This document shows, in pieces, positions 56,101-64,000 of a stretch of 64,000 nt of DNA (within the stretch, counting starts at the first letter, position 1; each line of letters begins with the position of its first letter). The DNA lies in NCBI GenBank assembly GCA_951406725.2, contig OX597822.1, positions 682,001 to 746,000 of the forward strand. The letters run 5' to 3'. Source of the stretch: Octopus vulgaris. Its lineage: Eukaryota. Made by a program: the position numbers and the translations under genes. The notes under the pieces were generated by a model that worked only from the letters and a program-made list of their open reading frames with translations, made no database searches and was not told the origin of the DNA.

Positions 56101-57688
56101 AAAGGATGAAAGGCAAAGTCGACCTCGGCGAAATTTGAACTCAGAACGTAGCGGCAGACGAAATACCTATTTCTTTACTACCCACAAGGGGCTAAACACA
56201 GATGGTACAAACAGGGACCGACAAACGGATTAAGTCGATAAGATCGACCCTAGTGCGTAACTGGTTCTTAATTTATCGACCCCGAAAGGATGAAAGGCAA
56301 AGTCGACCTCGGCGAAATTTGAACTCAGATCGTAGCGGCAGACGAAATACCTATTTCTTTACTACCCACAAGGGGCTAAACACAGATGGTACAAACAGGG
56401 ACCGACAAACGGATTAAGTCGATAAGATCGACCCTAGTGCGTAACTGGTTCTTAATTTATCGACCCCGAAAGGATGAAAGGCAAAGTCGACCTCGGCGAA
56501 ATTTGAACTCAGAACGTAGCGGCAGACGAAATACCTATTTCTTTACTACCCACAAGGGGCTAAACACAGATGGTACAAACAGGGACCGACAAACGGATTA
56601 AGTCGATAAGATCGACCCTAGTGCGTAACTGGTTCTTAATTTATTGACCCCGAAAGGATGAAAGGCAAAGTCGACCTCGGCGAAATTTGAACTCAGAACG
56701 TAGCGGCAGACGAAATACCTATTTCTTTACTACCCACAAGGGGCTAAACACAGATGGTACAAACAGGGACCGACAAACGGATTAAGTCGATAAGGTCGAC
56801 CCCAGTGCGTAACTGGTACTTAATTTATCGACCCCGAAAGGATGAAAGGCAAAGTCGGCCTCGGCGGAATTTGAACTCAGAACGTAGCGGCAGGCGAAAT
56901 ACCTATTTCTTTACTACCCACAAGGGGCTAAACACAGATGGTACAAACAGGGACCGACAAACGGATTAAGTCGATAAGATCGACCCTAGTGCGTAACTGG
57001 TTCTTAATTTATCGACCCCGAAAGGATGAAAGGCAAAGTCGACCTCGGCGAAATTTGAACTCAGAACGTAGCGGCAGACGAAATACCTATTTCTTTACTA
57101 CCCACAAGGGGCTAAACACAGATGGTACAAACAGGGACCGACAAACGGATTAAGTCGATAAGATCGACCCTAGTGCGTAACTGGTTCTTAATTTATTGAC
57201 CCCGAAAGGATGAAAGGCAAAGTCGACCTCGGCGAAATTTGAACTCAGAACGTAGCGGCAGACGAAATACCTATTTCTTTACTACCCACAAGGGGCTAAA
57301 CACAGATGGTACAAACAGGGACCGACAAACGGATTAAGTCGATAAGGTCGACCCCAGTGCGTAACTGGTACTTAATTTATCGACCCCGAAAGGATGAAAG
57401 GCAAAGTCGGCCTCGGCGGAATTTGAACTCAGAACGTAGCGGCAGGCGAAATACCTATTTCTTTACTACCCACAAGGGGCTAAACACAGATGGTACAAAC
57501 AGGGACCGACAAACGGATTAAGTCGATAAGATCGACCCTAGTGCGTAACTGGTTCTTAATTTATCGACCCCGAAAGGATGAAAGGCAAAGTCGACCTCGG
57601 CGGAATTTGAACTCAGAACGTAGCGGCAGGCGAAATACCGCTCAGCATTTAGCCCAGCTTGCTAACGGTTCTGCCAGCTCGTCGCTTT
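50147..57688 (-). repeat. SINE-derived tandem satellite, 184-bp unit, ~41 copies, capped by one complete SINE head
   Basis: ORF-track peptides recur every 184 bp; units carry a B box (GAGTTCAAATT on -) and GTCGACTTTGCCTTTCATCCTTTCGGGGTCGATAAATTAAGTACCAG (resembles the Meta/MESC SINE domain, from recall); the A-box head occurs only once, at 57639-57688. Confidence 0.95.
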
Positions 57689-58613
57689 AGGTAATACTAT
57701 TGATATTAGTAGCAGTAGTGTTACTAAACAATAAGTAACGTGGTAGGGGTGGTGGCGATGGCGGGGATGCTAGCAGAATGAAGAAATAGTAGTAGTTGTT
57801 GTAGTAGTCGTGGTGGTGGTGGTGATGGTGGCGGTGACGATAGTAATGAGAGTGGTGGTGATAGTATTGGTAGTGGTGGTAGTAATAGCAACCATCACTA
57901 TGGCAATACTGGTGGTGGTGACTATAGTGGTGGTGGTATGGCCGATGTGGTAATTGGTGGCTAATGATGGTGGGAACGTCGGTAGTGGTGGTTGCGGTAG
58001 AGGAGGTGGTACCGGAGGTTTTCGCTTTCGCGTTTCATAATAACCATAAATCCTGTCCCTGGTTTCTGGCGTATCTTTAATAAAAACTGACAAGATTTAT
58101 GAATGCCGAACCGTCTCCCATAATGGAATAACACCTTATTATCTCCTCGTATCATTTATAAAATCTTTAGTTGTGTTTATAATTATGACAAGTCTCAGGG
58201 TTAAAATAAAACAGAAACAAAAAGGCAAAAAAAAAAAGAAACAAAACAAAATAAAATCAAATACACAAAAAACAACAATTCATCCATCAAAGAACAAACG
58301 AATGAAGAATAGGCGAAACGAAAAACAACAAAACAAGGGGAACAGATCGTTTAGCGATCGAGGCTTATCCGACCGAGGGGACTTCGTTTTATTTGGGAAA
58401 CAGCAACAACATCTACAAAAACTTTATAGAGCCAGCGAGCTTCTATTCGTGGTTTGGGAAGAGTTTACAGCTCTCCAAAAGTTAAACGTTTTGGCTTGCC
58501 GCATCCTTTCTCTCTCCATTTCTCTATTCTGTAACAAAAAGAATTTCTAAGCGTGCAATCGACATCCCGACAACGTCCACAGATTACGGCCACCCACATT
58601 CCGATCATCCATT

Positions 58614-58680
<67 letters not shown>

Positions 58681-58794
58681 GCCCAAAACATTAAGATATA
58701 TATATATGTGTGGATGTATACACACACATACACACATATCTGCATATATATTTGCGCACGTGTGTTTGTATGTATTCATATGTGTGTGTGTTTG

Positions 58795-58854
<60 letters not shown>

Positions 58855-58860
58855 ACTATC

Positions 58861-58954
<94 letters not shown>

Positions 58955-58955
58955 A

Positions 58956-58987
<32 letters not shown>

Positions 58988-59093
58988 ATATCTATCTATC
59001 TATGCATATGTCTGTATGTGTGTGTATACATACATTCATAGATTGATAGATAGATACATACATACGTATATATATATGTATATATATATATAT

Positions 59094-59127
<34 letters not shown>

Positions 59128-59147
59128 ACATACATACATACATACAT

Positions 59148-59190
<43 letters not shown>

Positions 59191-59882
59191 AACATACACA
59201 TATATATACATGCATACACACACACACACACATATATACATATATACATATAAACATTAATGCACATGTGTATATATGTGTGTATGTGTGTGTTTTGTGT
59301 CTGTGCGTGCGTGTGTGTTTCAGTGAGCATTTGTGTGTGTACCTTCAAGGCAATAAAAACCAGAGTGAGGGTCAACCCCACATCTGACAAACATATAACA
59401 CAGGCCCACATGTAATCAGGGCTAAGCTGGAGCTATCCAACAGCAAAAAGTTCCATATCTTATATCCATGCAGAGACCCTCGTAAGTTAAGGGACGTATT
59501 ATGGTCACTACAACATGAAATACTGATTTTGTGATTTGATTGCAACTGCTACTTACTACGCCTCTATGCGAGCGCCAACAAATCTGCTAGAAATAGTAAC
59601 CAAATTCTTTCATATATTCTAAATAAAGTGAAGTCTAGAATGCATTTAATCCTGGGCCTGTCTGATCAGAAATGACCGTGAGTTAAACACCCCCACCACC
59701 ACTACCAATAATACCATCCAACTACTCACATGCTATAGGTCTATTCCATCTTGAGTAAAGCTAAGCAACAACAGCAACAATAACAGTAACAAGAGCAATA
59801 ACACAAGGGAGCATACCGAAGAGACTGAAAGACAGAAGCTCCATAGCATCCATGGAGCCAAAATCCATAATATAAATAAGTA

Positions 59883-60248
59883 ACGTGGTTCCGGGTTCAA
59901 TCCCACTGCGTGGCACCTTGGGAAAGTGTCTTCCACTATAGCCTCGAGGCGACCAAAGCCTTGTGAGTGGATTTAGTACACGGAAACTGAAAGAAGCCCG
60001 TCGTATATATATATATATATATATAATGTATGTATGTATGTGTGTGTGTATACGTTTGTGTCTGTGTTTGTCCCCGCAACATCGCTCGGCAACCGTGTGT
60101 TTACGTCCCCGTAACTTAGTGGTTCGGCATAAGAGACCAATAGAATAAGTACTAGGCTTACAATGAATAAGTCCTGGTGTCGATTTGCTTGACTAAAGGC
60201 GGTGCTCCAGCATGGCCACAGTCAAATGACTGAAACAAGTAAAAGAGA
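59883..60248 (+). mobile_element. SINE family B
   Basis: GGTTCAATCCCACTGCGTGGCACCTTGGGAAAGTGTCTT...(TA)n(TG)n...CAGTCAAATGACTGAAACAAGTAAAAGAG. Confidence 0.88.
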
Positions 60249-61997
60249 GTGTGGTCTTTAACTAGTGATACGAAGGTTTTATATCTTGACGTTTACGTAG
60301 AATCAACTGAGTTGTTAGAGCGTTACACAAAATACTTCGAGTTCTTTTTTTCCAGCTCTTTAGGTCCAGAGTTCGAAACGGGAGTGCAGGGATCAAAGGG
60401 GCGACCACGTTTCTTCGCGGTTACACGGGTTCCTAAAACACCAGTGAAAGTATAGTTCGAGCTGCTTCCGTGTCATACTTGATTATACGTGACAGCCGGG
60501 TTAACACCTTTATTCATTGCAATTAGTGTTTGAAATTGAACACTTCACGTTTGAAATTGCTCCTCTGCCTGATTGGTGGATTCATTTGAGCTCTAGACAT
60601 ATCTTTTGTTTATGCTTATCCATCTTGCATGTGGGGGAAGCCAAAAACGAAACTTGTCGAGGGCAGCATTCTCTTTGATCCTTCCAGAGTCGATAAATAA
60701 GGGACCCGTCGAAGCTGATTGGTTAGCTAGCGTCGGTCAAGAAATCTTGCTGTATTTATTCCGGATCTTTGCGTTTTGAGTTCGTATCCTGCCGTGGTAG
60801 GCTTTGGTGATCCACTTAAACCATCGCTCAGTTTAACACTATAAACTGGCCCTTGGTTGCGTTTAGCTGAGCATTCTATGTTGCATGCTTTTGGATCAGG
60901 GTTTCTAGTTTGATGATATCTTCCTTCTTCCCTCACATGTCTCGGAGGCTCTATAACGGTTCATCAACATTGATTAATCTTCAAAAACGCAAATTAGATT
61001 TCATGAGTGATTAAATAAAGACGGTATTTTATGTGAATAGTTCAGAGAAGGAGATACCGTGCATTAAATATATTTCATGACCTTTGAAAGCGACGGTAGC
61101 AAGGTGGTGATTATTCCCATAGTAGAGATCATGGTTCGAATGCATGTAACTCCGCTAAAGGCAACTAAACTACAAAACCAAGAAGACAAATTATTTGTAG
61201 ATTTTATATGAACTCTAAAGATACGTTCTGTTGTACATTATAGCAATATAAATGAAATGAAATTCTATAAAAAGGCTATGAATTTATTGTTCGATTTTGA
61301 TGCCAAGGAAAAGTGTTAAATATGCCAAAGCGTTTACCTAGTTCTTTTTAACCCCTAATATTAGTGGATTTATAAGCAGAGTGTTCGTGGATAATTATCG
61401 ATCGTATATACTTGTTGATGACGATTTCGACAATAACTGAATATACGTATTGCTCACTCTTTCTCCGCATTGTTTATTATTCTTCGTAATTGTATAAAAT
61501 ATGAAACAATTATGATAAAATATTACGTAACAAGTAATATGCAATTTATATTGATCTTGCATATTTCAATAGAATTAAATAGTAACGGATGATATGTGTA
61601 TTAAGCCTTATATAGATTGCTATTGTATATTTTTGTGTCATTTATTGCAATAATACGATTTATATGTAATAAAAATGCTAATCCACCATTCATTTTTAAA
61701 TAGCTCTTCTTAATCTTTTTCCTTCCGTGGAATTTCCAGGGGTCCCACTAGCATGTATGTATGTATGTATGTATGTATGTATGTATGTATGTATGTATGT
61801 ATGTATGTATGTATGTGTGTATGTGTGCGTATGTATGTATGTGTGTGTGTGTCTATGTATATATGTAGGTAGGTATATATATGTATGTGTATATGTTTGT
61901 ATATATGTATGTCAATGTATATATATGTGCGTATGTATGCACGTATGTATGAATATATGTATATATATATGTATGTATCTATGTATATGTTTATATT

Positions 61998-62033
<36 letters not shown>

Positions 62034-62321
62034 CGTGTATGTGTATGTACATGTATATGTATATATGAATACATACATACATACCTTCGAAACGTGAAGT
62101 AGGTAAAACAGGGGACAACTGATGAAGGGATTGTTCTTTGTGTTGCCTGTCTCGTTTGCTTCCTTCGTTGTCCGAAAAAAAGTTCGTTTTCCATGTTTTT
62201 GTTTTTTTATGTTCTCGTTTTTCGTTTTGTTCGCGTCTTTTTGACGTCCTGTGCCCATATATGCATGCATATACATACACACACACACACACACACACAA
62301 TATATATATATATATGTATAT

Positions 62322-62387
<66 letters not shown>

Positions 62388-62753
62388 ATATACATATATA
62401 TGTAGGTATGTACATATATGTATATATATGCATATATATACATTATTTAAATTATTTATATTACACACACACACACACACACACATAGATATATCGCTTG
62501 ATCACTTGATCCACTAGACTATCGAATGTTATTCATCGCTGGTTACAAAGATATGTATTGTTTTAACTTTCGAATGATGCCACCCCGCCGGCTAGTGTGA
62601 CCACAGGCTAACATTCCCTCACTGACTGAAAGACTGGTCCATCGCATAGTTACGCATTTACCGCTCAGTGGACTGTAGCAAGGTGAAATTAAGTGTTAAG
62701 GGATCGAAACCACCGCCTTGAGTGCAAAGCACTTGACGACTGCGCCACCTGCC

Positions 62754-62799
<46 letters not shown>

Positions 62800-62814
62800 A
62801 GCATGATTCCTCGT

Positions 62815-63155
62815 ACGTATGTATGTATGTATGTATGTATGTACGTATGTATGTATGTATGTATGTATGTATGTATGTATGTATGTATGTATGTATGTAT
62901 GTATGTATGTGTGAATGTATGTATGCATGTATGTATGCATGCATGTATGTATGTATGTATGTATGTATGTATGTATGTATGTATGTATGTATGTATGTAT
63001 GTATGTATGTATGTGTGAATGTATGTATGCATGTATGTATGCATGCATGTATGTATGTATGTATGTATGTATGTATGTATGTATGTATGTATGTATGTAT
63101 GTGTGAATGTATGTATGCATGTATGTATGCATGCATGTATGTATGTATGTATGTA
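62815..63155. repeat. (TATG)n microsatellite with a triplicated interruption block
   Basis: GTGTGAATGTATGTATGCATGTATGTATGCATGCATG occurs three times (~62909, 63013, 63101). Confidence 0.9.
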
Positions 63156-63284
63156 CGTAAGCGATGGTCCATCATAGCCGCAGTCAAATGACTGAAACAA
63201 GTAAAAGAATAACAGAATAAAAGTATATATTATATACATTACATATATGTATATATTTATACTATTATATATAATATATGTATA

Positions 63285-63346
<62 letters not shown>

Positions 63347-63665
63347 GTTATATATATGAATATATATATATATATATATATATTATGTATGTATGTATGT
63401 ATGTATGTATGTATGTATGTATGTATGTATGTATGAATGCATGCATGTATGTATGTATGTATGTGTATGCATGTATACACTCCTCTCGTCTCATGACGGT
63501 TTCATCTTCACTTCGTGACGTTTCTTTTGACATTTTGCTTCTATCCTTTTGGGCTGAGTTATGTCGAAGAGGGCAAACGGAATGGACGTTTCCACTTACA
63601 TTATTTAAGGAAACACACATCTGCATTGTCACGGTGTGTATATATAAATATATGCATATACATAC

Positions 63666-63701
<36 letters not shown>

Positions 63702-63776
63702 GTATAGGTGAGAAAGTTGGTGTGTGATATATACACATATATATATATATACATATATACATACATACATACATGC

Positions 63777-63825
<49 letters not shown>

Positions 63826-63846
63826 GTATATATATGTATGCATATG

Positions 63847-63877
<31 letters not shown>

Positions 63878-64000
63878 GTATATATATAGCTATATATATA
63901 TATACACAAATGCACATATACACAATATGTATATATATATATATATATGCATATATGTGTCTGTATACACATCCCATATATATATATATATATATATATA

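Noticed and set aside
50147-57688. CRISPR array or repeated 71-aa peptide gene
   Set aside because: Whole 184-bp units are near-identical with no unique spacers or cas genes; the unit is a SINE body and the ORF is frequently broken
62082-62255. TTCGAAACGTG and CTGATGAAGG hammerhead half-motifs
   Set aside because: Halves are in an order/spacing that does not close a full core; at most a truncated pLTR remnant

Overview
AT-rich, microsatellite-saturated animal (eukaryotic) DNA with no recognisable host protein-coding gene; nearly all ORF-track entries are translations of simple repeats. The SINE families and repeat landscape resemble octopus/cephalopod genomes (recall-based inference, not searched). 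Main contents: (1) a near-full-length R4/Dong-clade RLE non-LTR retrotransposon (- strand, ~14.7-20.2 kb) between (TAA)n tracts, with one frameshift and one stop; (2) a young 5'-truncated Neptune-type Penelope-like element (RT + GIY-YIG, 23.4-28.4 kb) with ~1.39-kb inverted arms, each carrying a U3-A8 variant minimal hammerhead ribozyme; (3) a non-coding 360-bp-unit element (10.3-11.1 kb) with a canonical minimal hammerhead and the same tandem + inverted architecture, i.e. a candidate Penelope-mobilised retrozyme and the best lead in this window; (4) a ~7.5-kb, ~41-unit 184-bp satellite built from a tRNA-derived SINE body, with higher-order repeats and a junction that recurs in a separate nearby copy; (5) non-autonomous Helitrons, a deleted mariner, an 8-bp-TSD MITE, three foldback elements, many SINEs and decayed TE fragments. 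Coordinates were read by eye and may be off by a few bases.
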